From an uncultured bacterium (GTDB lineage: Bacteria; Babelota; Babeliae; Babelales; Babelaceae): DNA of 64,000 bases. This document shows, piece by piece, positions 30,380-39,881 of this stretch (positions are counted from its first letter, which is position 1; every line of letters starts with the position of its first letter). Where the stretch lies: positions 1 to 64,000 of the forward strand of contig CAVRKK010000001.1 of assembly GCA_963722385.1 (NCBI GenBank), in the 5' to 3' direction. The notes under the pieces are model-generated. The model searched no databases and was not told where the DNA came from. It saw only the letters and a program-made list of their open reading frames with translations. Made by a program: the position numbers and the translations under genes.

Positions 30380-30525
30380 GGTTAGCAGCGCAAGCAGGCA
30401 ACGGGTGCAGGGCCGCCGCCCTTCGACCTGTCCTGCGAAGCCTCGGCGAAGCGGGAAGCCTTGGCGAAGAATGGGCCGCTCGCCGCGGAGGCGCGCCAGC
30501 CGCGCAGGCTATTCAAATGCCGGCA
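30380..30525. repeat. Inverted partial copy (D) of the dispersed element with a nested REP-like doublet
   Basis: Reverse complement reads GAATAGCCTGCGCGGCTGGC...CCCTGCACCC; contains GAAGCC(TC/TT)GGCGAAG twice (30437-30451, 30455-30469). Confidence 0.6.
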
Positions 30526-30808
30526 TGAGATATGCTCATTGCTCGATGGTAGCTAGGTATATGGATTAGGCTTTTTCGATGCATTTTTGCCAAATTCTGG
30601 TATATTCGCTTTGCTTTTGTCAGAAAACCCTTGTTTTTATAGAAAAGTTAGCATGAGGTTCATTTTAACAGCCATAGCCCATTAGTTACCTTGGTCCTTT
30701 GTCTTCACTCTTACTTCGTTATTAGTTGTCTAGATTTGATTTAATTATCGACAAATATTCAAATATTGCTTATGGTGATAACACGTTTAATAAAAGCAAG
30801 GAGCAGGT

Positions 30809-31387
30809 GTGAAAAATTTAATTATTCTTATTTTTTACTTACTTCTAATACAGAGTACTCTAGGCCAAACTACTGATGAATTAAAGTACGTTGCCTATGC
30901 ATTAGCAGAAAAGGAAGCTCTGCAAAAAGAGGCAGCCATGGATAATTTACGAAGTAGCTGGAGGCTTATCTTGCAAGCGCGCGATTTATTTTTTACATCG
31001 AGGGAAGAGATTCGAAATGAAGAGGAGCAGCGTGAAAAGATTCAAGCAGAAGCGGGTGATTTTTATCATACCGATCAGCGTTTGCAACATCTCTTAAGGC
31101 ACTGGAAACATGCAAATCAGGAAGCTTTTGAATTGTATCACAAAGCTTTTAAAGCTACATATGAGGTAACAAAAAAATTTAATCTAGCGAGCTTTACGCA
31201 GGGCCTTACGCATGAAGATTTGAAAATTGTCTTGGCTTATGTAAGCGAGACGCAACTCATGAGGCAACGGACAGCTCATGCGCGGCAAGAGGCCTTGGCG
31301 TATTTTACGAGCAAGCTTTTGTCGATTATGAACTCAAAGTCACGAGAGCTTGAGGTCAAGTCCAAGCCCTGCATAAAATTGTGGTGA
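30809..31387 (+). CDS. Secreted helical hypothetical protein
   Basis: AAGGAG RBS, GTG start, signal peptide, coiled-coil-like composition. Confidence 0.65.
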   Translation: MKNLIILIFYLLLIQSTLGQTTDELKYVAYALAEKEALQKEAAMDNLRSSWRLILQARDLFFTSREEIRNEEEQREKIQAEAGDFYHTDQRLQHLLRHWKHANQEAFELYHKAFKATYEVTKKFNLASFTQGLTHEDLKIVLAYVSETQLMRQRTAHARQEALAYFTSKLLSIMNSKSRELEVKSKPCIKLW

Positions 31388-33076
31388 TGCGGTAATGGGT
31401 AGCTTGCCATGCGCTGGCAACGCGCCCACTATAACGCTGACTGCCGCTTCCTGTGCATCAGGGTCGTCCTCGTAGGCGACAACGATTGCATCTTCCTCGC
31501 CAAAAAGATTGAGGCAATAGGGGTTACCAAAGACAGCGAGTATGATCTGCTTGCCGTCAAGCCTGAGGAGCTCGAGTAAGTCACGCGTACTTTCTGATAT
31601 GCCGTAGTCTTTATAATGTGTTGTTGAGGCGATACCAAATAAGCCTATAACTACTGTTTGTGTTTGCTCAAGCGCGTGTACAAGAAGATGTTTTGTATAA
31701 TCATCGAGGTTCTGCGGAATATGCAAAACACTTTCTACTCCAGCATGTCCCCATGCATTTGCAAATGCGCTTTCAAGCGATGGTTCCCTATCATAATATG
31801 CAGCATCGCCAATTTGCAACACAGCAAACGAGTGTTTTGTGTCCAAGGGGAGGGCATTATTTTGGTTGCGTACAACGGTCATTATTTCTTGGTAAAGCTG
31901 TTTCTTGAGCACATAAGCAGCGCTGGTATTGATCGTTGTGACGGGGGCAGTCGTATTCACCAATTTTTCTTGATGCAGTCCGACGCGCTCTTTTGCTTGC
32001 AGCATTTTTAAAACACGTTCATCAAGCTGTTTTTCAGTAATCTTGCCGTCATGCAGCGCCGATTCTAGGTAATCAATTGCTTGGGGGATATCAAGTGAGC
32101 AAATAAAGATATCGTTGCCAGCAACAAAAGCCTGGAGCTCAAGCTCGCCAATTGCTATGTCATTTAACGCACCCATGCATAGCGCGTCGGTGATAACGAG
32201 CCCTTTAAATGCCAACTCTTCTTTGAGCAGTTGCGTAATAATAGGGTAAGAAATCGTTGAGACAGCATGAGGGTCGAGAGAAGGAATTTTTAAGTGCCCT
32301 GGCATAATGGCGTCAACGTGCTCATCAATAACCGCTTTAAAGGGAACAAGCTCAATTTCATGCAAGCGTTTTTTGTCATGATTGATGACGGGAAGCGAAA
32401 AATGGGAATCAATATCCGTATCTCCATGTCCAGGGAAGTGCTTTGCACAGGCGATAACGCCGGCATCTTGTAGACCCTTCATGAAAAGCGTCCCCAAGTG
32501 CGCAACCCGTTGTGGGTTTTCGCCAAATGAGCGCGTTCCTATAATGGGGTTGAGGGGGTTGTTGTTGATGTCAACCACGGGTGCTAAATTGACATGTACA
32601 CCGATTGCCTTACATTGCCTACCTATCTCTGTGCCGAGCTCGAAGATCAACGATTCGTTTTGAATTGCGCCTAACGCAATGTTGCGAGGAAACCTGACCG
32701 CGCCATCTAAGCGCATATCGAGTCCCCATTCAAAGTCTTCTAAAACTAGTAATGGGTGCCTACTAAGGGCTTGGTATTTGTTGCTCAAGAGCATTTGGTT
32801 TGGTATGTCATTTCTACCCAAATAAAGAATGCCACCGACGTGATAATCCTTGATGAGGCTTTCAATATAAGCCGGCTCAATTGAGGGAAATCTCATGCCG
32901 CCAAGTAAAGCGAGAAATTCTTTCTTCGCGATCGTTACCATAAAGAGCTGGCCAATTTTTTCGCGCACGCTCATGTGTTGCAACGTTTGATGTGCCCAAG
33001 ATTCTTGGATTTTCTGAGAAAAAAGAACGGAGGGAATCAAAAAGCTTGCTAATATCAGTAGTCTGGTATTCATCAT
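31340..33076 (-). CDS. GH3 beta-N-acetylhexosaminidase (NagZ-like, two-domain, secreted)
   Basis: EKIGQL, APVVDINNNP.NP.IG.RSFGE, KHFPGHGDT..DSH, ITDAL.M. Confidence 0.93.
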   Translation of the reverse strand: MMNTRLLILASFLIPSVLFSQKIQESWAHQTLQHMSVREKIGQLFMVTIAKKEFLALLGGMRFPSIEPAYIESLIKDYHVGGILYLGRNDIPNQMLLSNKYQALSRHPLLVLEDFEWGLDMRLDGAVRFPRNIALGAIQNESLIFELGTEIGRQCKAIGVHVNLAPVVDINNNPLNPIIGTRSFGENPQRVAHLGTLFMKGLQDAGVIACAKHFPGHGDTDIDSHFSLPVINHDKKRLHEIELVPFKAVIDEHVDAIMPGHLKIPSLDPHAVSTISYPIITQLLKEELAFKGLVITDALCMGALNDIAIGELELQAFVAGNDIFICSLDIPQAIDYLESALHDGKITEKQLDERVLKMLQAKERVGLHQEKLVNTTAPVTTINTSAAYVLKKQLYQEIMTVVRNQNNALPLDTKHSFAVLQIGDAAYYDREPSLESAFANAWGHAGVESVLHIPQNLDDYTKHLLVHALEQTQTVVIGLFGIASTTHYKDYGISESTRDLLELLRLDGKQIILAVFGNPYCLNLFGEEDAIVVAYEDDPDAQEAAVSVIVGALPAHGKLPITASPQFYAGLGLDLKLS

Positions 33077-33254
33077 GCTCTCCTTTTTTAGATGATATTT
33101 CAAGGTATCATAGAAAAAGCATCATGCATAGCGGCTCTCTTTTAAAAGTCAAAATTTTTGCTTATTAGAGTTGACTGCTGCCTTAGATGTGCACTTACGG
33201 TCGCTGCCGCTAATTTTGCCATAATTATAGGTTTGAAGAAGTAATAGATTATCT

Positions 33255-33296
33255 AAACAAAGAAGCCGCTGTACTATAACGGCGGCTTCTTTGTTT
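33255..33296 (-). terminator. Intrinsic terminator
   Basis: AAACAAAGAAGCCGCTGT-6nt-ACGGCGGCTTCTTTGTTT right after the stop of 33302-33796. Confidence 0.75.
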
Positions 33297-33301
33297 TATT
33301 C

Positions 33302-33796
33302 TTAAAGCTCGGTCTTGAGCTTTTTCATCTCACTATAAGCTGCTTCAGCTTCCTTGATTTCTTGATTAAGTTTTTCAAAATTTTCCCAGGCTTCTAATGT
33401 TCTTTGAGCATTTCTTTCTACCCGCGACGTGATAGCTTGTGGTCCGAGAACGCTTGATAGATCGCTCAATTCGCGCAAGCGCTGTTTGCCGCTCATTGCG
33501 TTAATGCGAAGAATATGCGCATGCTTTACGGCAAGTTGGGGCCGAGTAGTTCCATGTATTCTGATTCTGTCTTCTATGATGGCAATCTGCTTATTAACTA
33601 ATTCGTCAAGCTTGTTTTCTTGCTCTTTGTAAGCTGAATAAGCATCGGTAATTTGGTGCTCCAGCATGTATATCTTGAGCCTAAGGCGATCTAAAGGGGA
33701 AAGTGTCTCTGATTGGTAGATTAGCTTCTTCTCTATGGTGTGCAGGTAAGAACTACATGCCAATAGTGATATGATGAGAAAAAAGTAGGATTTCAT
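33302..33796 (-). CDS. Secreted coiled-coil hypothetical protein
   Basis: AAGGAG RBS, signal peptide, followed by a terminator. Confidence 0.7.
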   Translation of the reverse strand: MKSYFFLIISLLACSSYLHTIEKKLIYQSETLSPLDRLRLKIYMLEHQITDAYSAYKEQENKLDELVNKQIAIIEDRIRIHGTTRPQLAVKHAHILRINAMSGKQRLRELSDLSSVLGPQAITSRVERNAQRTLEAWENFEKLNQEIKEAEAAYSEMKKLKTEL

Positions 33797-33965
33797 GATG
33801 TCTCCTTTTGGTTACATTCAGCTTCGATTAAACTTTATTTCATTATCTATTATATAATTTCTTGTAATAAAATATCAATCGTTGTGTCGAGAAAAACCTG
33901 GTTGCCTTGCCAACAGGCCTCGATTTGTAGTAGATTTAAGCCATCAGTGTTTTCGGGAGTTTGCA

Positions 33966-34763
33966 ATGCGCATAAGTGAAATTATTGCTTGTTTAATTTT
34001 GGTATCTTTTACCAGCATGTTTCCTTTTAAAATCGACCGCGTTATTTTGGCCGCCGATGCCAATCCTTTCTACTTAGATTTTTGGCCCTATGCGGCACGT
34101 GCTTGGAAGCAATTAATTGGCGTAACACCGACGCTCGCGCTCGTTGCTGATGAGTCAGTGCAGGTAGACGAATCGCTCGGTGAGGTAATTCGATTTCGAC
34201 CAATCAAGGGAATGCCAGCTGGTTTACAAGCGCAAGTCATCAGGCTTTTGTTGCCTGTCTTGTTTCCGCATGATATTTGTATTTTATCCGATATAGACCA
34301 ATTGCCACTAAAAAAGTCATATTTTCACGAGCCGATTGCCTCGATACCGCCTGATAAATTTGTTATCTATAATGATGATGCCTATCGTGGTGCCGAGCAG
34401 CGATTTCCTATTTGTTATTGCGTCGCAAAAGGCACGACCTTTCGCGACCTGTTTCACGTTAGCACGATTCAAGGGATCCGACGCTTGATGGGCGAATGGT
34501 ACCGGTTCGGCTGGGGCTTTCACACCGATGAGCTGGTGCTGTATCGTTCTCTTATGGACTGGAAAGAAGCCGCCAGTCGCCTGGTCAAGTTGGGCGATGG
34601 TTTGGGGCCATCGGATAAGCGTCGAATAAATCGGGCCTTTTGGCACTACGATCCCGCGCTCCTTAAAAAAGGCTATTATGTCGACGCCCACTTACTGCGT
34701 CCCTATAAGCGCTACAAAAAGGAGCTTGATGCCTTGGCCCAACTAGCTGGTGTGAGAAGCTGA
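33966..34763 (+). CDS. Hypothetical protein, possible GT-A-fold glycosyltransferase
   Basis: N-terminal leader; N..YL.FWP...AW, Q..RL, ILSDID (DxD), W..DE, D.H..RP motifs. Confidence 0.6.
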   Translation: MRISEIIACLILVSFTSMFPFKIDRVILAADANPFYLDFWPYAARAWKQLIGVTPTLALVADESVQVDESLGEVIRFRPIKGMPAGLQAQVIRLLLPVLFPHDICILSDIDQLPLKKSYFHEPIASIPPDKFVIYNDDAYRGAEQRFPICYCVAKGTTFRDLFHVSTIQGIRRLMGEWYRFGWGFHTDELVLYRSLMDWKEAASRLVKLGDGLGPSDKRRINRAFWHYDPALLKKGYYVDAHLLRPYKRYKKELDALAQLAGVRS

Positions 34764-34789
34764 CGTTGTGTCTTCGCAAGATAAGGTAG

Positions 34790-35170
34790 TTAACATATTT
34801 TATTTTTGACGATGTCGAGTATTTCTTCGGCACATCTAATGCTGTATTCTGCAACTGAAGTATCAGGAATTAAAAGGTGGGAATCAGGATAGCGCGTTCC
34901 TTGGATATAGGGGTTAAGATCGGTTGCATGTTGAAAAAATTTTGAAAAATCCGAATCGATGGCTATACACTGCTTTACTAAGTTAGCCAAATCGTGGATT
35001 TTTCCGGGGTCAATATTATGAAAAAACAAAAATGCTTTAAGTGCTTTCTCCGCGCATTGTTGCGTTAGAAATAACGTATGAGGAATGAGAATTTCCGGCG
35101 GTGTTAATAATTTTTTGGCTGCTACTAAATCAGTTTCTGCAACAGCGACCCATTCTTCATGCTTTTGCAT
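34790..35170 (-). CDS. HEPN domain protein (HEPN/MNT TA)
   Basis: W...A..DL..A, F..QQ.AEKALKA.L, K.HDL..L, TRYP. Confidence 0.92.
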   Translation of the reverse strand: MQKHEEWVAVAETDLVAAKKLLTPPEILIPHTLFLTQQCAEKALKAFLFFHNIDPGKIHDLANLVKQCIAIDSDFSKFFQHATDLNPYIQGTRYPDSHLLIPDTSVAEYSIRCAEEILDIVKNKIC

Positions 35171-35486
35171 AAATTTGTTTGCCCTTGTGCTTAACCTTAT
35201 AAGGTATAGTAAAAATGGCTTGAGAGTCTTGTTCAAATTCTTCTGCCGTAAGAAGAAGAATATCTTTAGGTATATCAAGTAGTGCAAGAGCCCGGTGTCC
35301 AGCTACTAGATCAGCATAGCGATTATCTGTTTTTTCAACCACGATTAGAAAGTCTAAGTCACTGTATTCGTCAGGGTTTCCCCAGGCGTAAGAACCAAAA
35401 AGATATATAGCGACAGGATTATAGAGTTTAATGAGCTTATCGCGGGCTTCATTTACAATTCTTTCAATAGATTGCTGATTACGCAT
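35157..35486 (-). CDS. Minimal nucleotidyltransferase (MNT antitoxin)
   Basis: YLFGSYAWG.P...SDLD motif; overlaps the HEPN gene. Confidence 0.92.
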   Translation of the reverse strand: MRNQQSIERIVNEARDKLIKLYNPVAIYLFGSYAWGNPDEYSDLDFLIVVEKTDNRYADLVAGHRALALLDIPKDILLLTAEEFEQDSQAIFTIPYKVKHKGKQIYAKA

Positions 35487-35666
35487 AGGACCTCATTTTA
35501 CCATTTATACTTTGAGCATAGCATACTACCTGGCCAATATGAATATTTGCTGGGTTTTCTGAAGAATTCCTTGTTGTAGGTGTTGCTTGAAAATTTCGCC
35601 TCCTAACCGTTTACAAAACGTCTGGAGAGTATATACTAGTATATAAGTTAAAAAACGTATTGTGAC

Positions 35667-35743
35667 GGTGAGTGTAGCTCAGTTGGCAGAGCATCAGATT
35701 GTGGTTCTGGGGGTCGTGGGTTCAAATCCCACCACTCACCCCA
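35667..35743 (+). tRNA. tRNA-His(GTG)
   Basis: Cloverleaf, G-1, anticodon loop TTGTGGT, GGTTCAAAT T-arm, encoded CCA. Confidence 0.96.
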
Positions 35744-35804
35744 AAAGATGCTATTTTTTGCCCTTGCACAAGGGCGCAAAAAAACGTAAACTTAGAGAAA
35801 TAAT

Positions 35805-35880
35805 CGGGGCGTGGCGCAATTGGTAGCGCACTCGCTTTGGGAGCGAGGGGTTGTCAGTTCGAGTCTGGCCGCCCCGACCA
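35805..35880 (+). tRNA. tRNA-Pro(TGG)
   Basis: CGGGGCG/CGCCCCG acceptor stem, anticodon loop TTTGGGA, GTTCGAGT T-arm, encoded CCA. Confidence 0.96.
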
Positions 35881-35885
35881 TTTTT

Positions 35886-36983
35886 ATGATTGATCTACGA
35901 TATGTACGCTCATGCGACTGGATTAGCGTACTCCTCACCATCCTTCTCTCGCTCGTTGGCATCTTAATGGTGTTAAGCGCGACGTATCGTCCTGAAGTGG
36001 CGTTTTCTATTTTCTTTAAAAAGCAGCTTTTTGGCATTATTTCAGGGCTTATTATTTATAGTATCTGTTGCCTGATCGATTATCGTACCTTTGAGCGATG
36101 GGGCTACTTTTTATATTTTGCGGTTATTGCGCTTTTAATTGTTACCATGATTAAAGGTAGCTGGGGGATGGGCGGGCAGCGCTGGATCAATCTTGGTATT
36201 ACTAAGTTTCAACCTTCTGAATGCGCAAAGCTCTTTTTTGCGCCCTTTCTTTCATATTATTTAGCTACCGAAAAGTCATATCCTTATACCTTTCGTACTT
36301 TTGCGCCGGTCTTGGCTCTCTTGGGGGTGAGCGTACTGCTTATACGCAATCAGCCAGATCTGGGGACCGCGCTTGTTCTTCTTTTTTCAGGTCTCATATT
36401 ATTATGGCTTGCTGGCATAGGCAAAAGGTTCTTTTTTGTGTGTGCTTTTGTTGGCCTCATTATGGCACCGGTGGGATGGAAGATTTTGAGGCCTTATCAG
36501 CGCCAGCGGATTGCCGTTTTTTTGGGAGGTGGTGACCTTTCGCAGGAGCGCTACCAAATCGAGCAATCTAAGATCGCTATAGGCTCAGGCGGTATTCGCG
36601 GTAAAGGATTTTTAAAGGGAACGCAGAATAAGCTTCATTTCTTGCCAGCGGGCAGGACCGACTTTATCTTTTCTGTGTTATGTGAGGAATGGGGATTTAT
36701 AGGGGCATTTTTGGTATTATTGCTGTATGCGCTCCTTTTTTATCGACTTTTGGTGCTAACGGCTGCTATCAAAAATTTTTATACTCAGATCCTTGCGGTG
36801 GGGCTCATAACGCCTTTGATGCTTTCGGCTCTCATCAATATAGGCATGGTAACTGGCTTACTACCTGTTGTTGGTATTCCTTTGCCTTTTATGACGTATG
36901 GCGTAACTCATCTTTGGATGGAATATGCGAGCCTTGGCTTTATTCAAAGCATTATGATGAGGCGCTTTCTTATGCTCCGATGA
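35886..36983 (+). CDS. rodA: SEDS peptidoglycan glycosyltransferase RodA
   Basis: GGQRWI.LG, FQPSE.AK, QPDLGTA, LRPYQRQRI, YQ..QS.IAIGSGG, TDFIF, LPVVGIPLPF. Confidence 0.95.
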   Translation: MIDLRYVRSCDWISVLLTILLSLVGILMVLSATYRPEVAFSIFFKKQLFGIISGLIIYSICCLIDYRTFERWGYFLYFAVIALLIVTMIKGSWGMGGQRWINLGITKFQPSECAKLFFAPFLSYYLATEKSYPYTFRTFAPVLALLGVSVLLIRNQPDLGTALVLLFSGLILLWLAGIGKRFFFVCAFVGLIMAPVGWKILRPYQRQRIAVFLGGGDLSQERYQIEQSKIAIGSGGIRGKGFLKGTQNKLHFLPAGRTDFIFSVLCEEWGFIGAFLVLLLYALLFYRLLVLTAAIKNFYTQILAVGLITPLMLSALINIGMVTGLLPVVGIPLPFMTYGVTHLWMEYASLGFIQSIMMRRFLMLR

Positions 36984-37053
36984 GGTATAGAATTCGTGAG
37001 GGAGTAAAATTATGGTAAACTTTTTGATAATATTTTATTGATAGTGCGGATTT

Positions 37054-38091
37054 ATGAGTACAAAAGCACCCATGCAGCAGCCAATTTCATTGCTTGCCCT
37101 TGCTGAAGCTGCCGACGATCGTTCGCCCGACTTTCAGCCAAAGAGCTTTGACGACTATCTTGGGCAAAAGGAGCTTAAGCATAAGTTGTCGATCTATACC
37201 CAAGCCGCTGCGATGCGGGGCGAAGCGCTTGATCATCTTTTGTTATTTGGACCTCCAGGGCTTGGTAAGACGACGCTTGCCCAAATCATGGGCCATGTTA
37301 TGGAGGTTGCTGTCAAGATTTGTAGCGGGCCCATGGTGGAGCGGACAGGTGATTTGGTCGCTCTCTTAACCAGTTTGCAAGAACGTGATATTCTTTTTAT
37401 TGATGAGATTCACCGTATTCCTATAGCTGTCGAAGAAGTTCTGTATAGTGCTATGGAGCATTATAAAGTTGATGTTATTATCGGTCAGGGCGCTGGCGCA
37501 CAGTCGATCACGGTTCCTCTCAATCCTTTTACGCTCGTGGGTGCTACGACAAAGCCGGCGCTGCTTTCGGCGCCTTTGCGCACGCGTTTTGGCATTACCG
37601 AGCGGCTTGATTTTTATAAGGATGAGGAATTACAGGCAATTGTTGAGCAAAATGGGCACTTTCTTGGTATTGCTATTGTGCCGGAAGCAGCGCTTATGAT
37701 TGCCCAGTGCTCACGAGGGACGCCGCGCATTGCCAAGAAGATATTGAGGAGAGTGCGTGATTTCGCCCAAGTAAACCAGGCCGCGGTGGTCGATATGGCG
37801 TTGGTTGAAAGCGCTTTAGCGCTGCTTGGTATTGATAGCCAAGGGCTTACGGTGCTTGATCATACCTTGCTACGGACGATCATAGATTTTTTTGGTGGTG
37901 GTCCCGTTGGCTTAGAGACGATTGCTTCAATGGTGGGTGAAGATAGCTCGACGCTTGAGGAGGTGTATGAGCCCTACCTTTTGCGTAAGGGGTATTTGGA
38001 AAGGACGCCGCGGGGGCGTCAAGTCCCAGCCAAGACGCTTGTTGAGCTTAAAAAGCAGTATTATGGGCAAAAAAATATTTTCAAGGAATAA
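37054..38091 (+). CDS. ruvB: Holliday junction branch migration ATPase RuvB
   Basis: GPPGLGKTTLA, LFIDEIHR, VGATT, SRGTPRIA, GGPVG, EPYL, RTPRGR. Confidence 0.98.
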   Translation: MSTKAPMQQPISLLALAEAADDRSPDFQPKSFDDYLGQKELKHKLSIYTQAAAMRGEALDHLLLFGPPGLGKTTLAQIMGHVMEVAVKICSGPMVERTGDLVALLTSLQERDILFIDEIHRIPIAVEEVLYSAMEHYKVDVIIGQGAGAQSITVPLNPFTLVGATTKPALLSAPLRTRFGITERLDFYKDEELQAIVEQNGHFLGIAIVPEAALMIAQCSRGTPRIAKKILRRVRDFAQVNQAAVVDMALVESALALLGIDSQGLTVLDHTLLRTIIDFFGGGPVGLETIASMVGEDSSTLEEVYEPYLLRKGYLERTPRGRQVPAKTLVELKKQYYGQKNIFKE

Positions 38092-38096
38092 ACGAC

Positions 38097-38813
38097 ATGG
38101 CCGGACATTCTAAATGGAAGTCGATTAAGCATAAAAAGGCTATTGCTGATGCAAAAAAGTCAAAAGGTTTCAGCAAGATTATTAAAGAAATAACGGTTGC
38201 CGCACGCACGGGAGGCGGAGATCCCTCGGGCAACGCGCGCCTCCGCTTTTTATTAGATAAGGCTAAAGAGATCAATATGCCGGCTGAAAATGCGGCGCGT
38301 GCCGTAAAAAAAGGAACCGGCGAATTACCTGGTGTACAGTATGAAGCGTATACGTATGAGGGGTATGGTCCGGGCGGTATTGCGGTGATTGCTGAGGTTT
38401 TGACTGATAACAAAAATAAGGCTATCGCTGAATTACGCCACGTTTTTGCGCGCAAAGGTGGCAGCCTTGGTGAGACCGGTACGGTGCAGTGGATGTTTGA
38501 GCGGCTCGGGGTTATCCATGCACGGGATGGCCACATGAGTGAAGATCAACTCCTGGAGCGACTTCTCGACTACGATATCAGAGATATATCGCAAGAAGAG
38601 GGAAGCCTTATTATTAGCTGCAGCCCAAAGGCGCTCGATGCGGTCAAGCAGGCACTTGTCTCGTTGGGGCTTAAGGTGGATGAGGCGGAGCTTGAGCTTG
38701 TTGCAAAGGATACTATAAAATTGGGAGGCGATGATGAAGCCAAGGCTATCGAGTTTTTAGAGGCGCTTGAAGAGCTTGATGATGTACAGCATGTCTATTC
38801 AAATCTGGATTAG
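38097..38813 (+). CDS. yebC: YebC/PmpR family protein
   Basis: MAGHSKW..IKHKK, YEGYGPGG, LTDN.N, DDVQ.VYSN. Confidence 0.97.
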   Translation: MAGHSKWKSIKHKKAIADAKKSKGFSKIIKEITVAARTGGGDPSGNARLRFLLDKAKEINMPAENAARAVKKGTGELPGVQYEAYTYEGYGPGGIAVIAEVLTDNKNKAIAELRHVFARKGGSLGETGTVQWMFERLGVIHARDGHMSEDQLLERLLDYDIRDISQEEGSLIISCSPKALDAVKQALVSLGLKVDEAELELVAKDTIKLGGDDEAKAIEFLEALEELDDVQHVYSNLD

Positions 38814-38852
38814 GCCTTGGTTGCTTCGTACTTTTAAAACAAAGAGAAAAAT

Positions 38853-39749
38853 ATGTTAGTTAGCATGACAGGCTTTAGTAGTAAAACGATGATGGTTGGG
38901 CGGTCGATGGGTGCGCCGTTTGAGATAACGCTTATGCTCAAGTCGCTTAATGCGCGTTTTTTTGAAGCCACCTGCAGAATCCCCCACGCGTTGACGCATT
39001 TGGAAACGGAAATTATAAAGCGCCTTAAAGCAAAGCTCGTTCGTGGGACAGTCTACGCGACCTTGCAGGTGAGTAATCCGAATTCTCTTAAGGCAAAGCT
39101 TGTGCCTGCCTTTAATATTGTTGAAGGTTATATTGATGCTCTTAATGCGATTCAGCAGCGTTTTGCTATTACCGGCTCGCTGACGGTATCTGATTTAGTA
39201 GGCCTGCCCCACGTCTGGGAATTTGGTGAGCTTTCTGTTGGTCAAGAAGTTACCAATGAAATACTTGCTTGTGTCGACAATTTGGCTGATGAGCTGCTTA
39301 CGTGCCGTATTGCCGAAGGCGCACAGCTCGAAAAGGACATTCTTTGCCGGTTGCACATTATAACCGACATTCTGGCATTGCTTGAGGAAAAGGTTGCCAT
39401 CGCTCTGCAGGAGCGTAAAGATGGCATGTATGTTCAGATAGCAGCTTTGTTTCAAGAGTTGCCGAGCGAATTGCGCGATCATCAGCTCCAGCTTATGCAA
39501 ATGCAGCTAGCCAAGAACGAGCTCAACGAGGAAGTTGTCAGGTTTGCTGCCCACCTTGCCAATATGAAAGAGTTTATTAATACTCCCATACTTGAAAAAG
39601 GCAAGCGGCTTGATTTTATCACGCAGGAGTTATTTAGGGAGGCCAATACGATTGGCTCTAAAGCAAGTAATGCAGAGATCGGCAATCTCGCCATAAGTAT
39701 TAAGGTGGAGCTCGAAAAAATTCGCGAGCAGGTTCAAAACGTTCTTTAG
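38853..39749 (+). CDS. yicC: YicC/YloC family endoribonuclease
   Basis: SMTGF, KSLN.RF, EEV.R...H, GKRLDF..QE..REANTIGSK, EKIREQVQNV. Confidence 0.95.
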   Translation: MLVSMTGFSSKTMMVGRSMGAPFEITLMLKSLNARFFEATCRIPHALTHLETEIIKRLKAKLVRGTVYATLQVSNPNSLKAKLVPAFNIVEGYIDALNAIQQRFAITGSLTVSDLVGLPHVWEFGELSVGQEVTNEILACVDNLADELLTCRIAEGAQLEKDILCRLHIITDILALLEEKVAIALQERKDGMYVQIAALFQELPSELRDHQLQLMQMQLAKNELNEEVVRFAAHLANMKEFINTPILEKGKRLDFITQELFREANTIGSKASNAEIGNLAISIKVELEKIREQVQNVL

Positions 39750-39881
39750 GTGGGTTAAAGCCCTCTTTTTTATATTAATAGAACAAAATTTTTAAACAAG
39801 ATACAAATAGACAAAACAAGGTTTTTAAGGCAAGCTAAAATTAGCTATATGATTTGTTGCCTATAAAAGAGGGAGGACTCT

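Noticed and set aside
29930..30569. ORFs 29930-30142 and 30279-30569, and similar ORFs over 43634-43937 and 57741-58306
   Set aside because: Read-throughs of the GC-rich palindromic repeats (AAFERRRLA and AKPRRSGKPWRR recur because the DNA repeats); no RBS or protein-like features
35811..35885. N-terminal extension of the rodA ORF (MAQLVAHSLWERG...) and antisense ORF 35792-36037
   Set aside because: These are translations of tRNA-Pro, not protein
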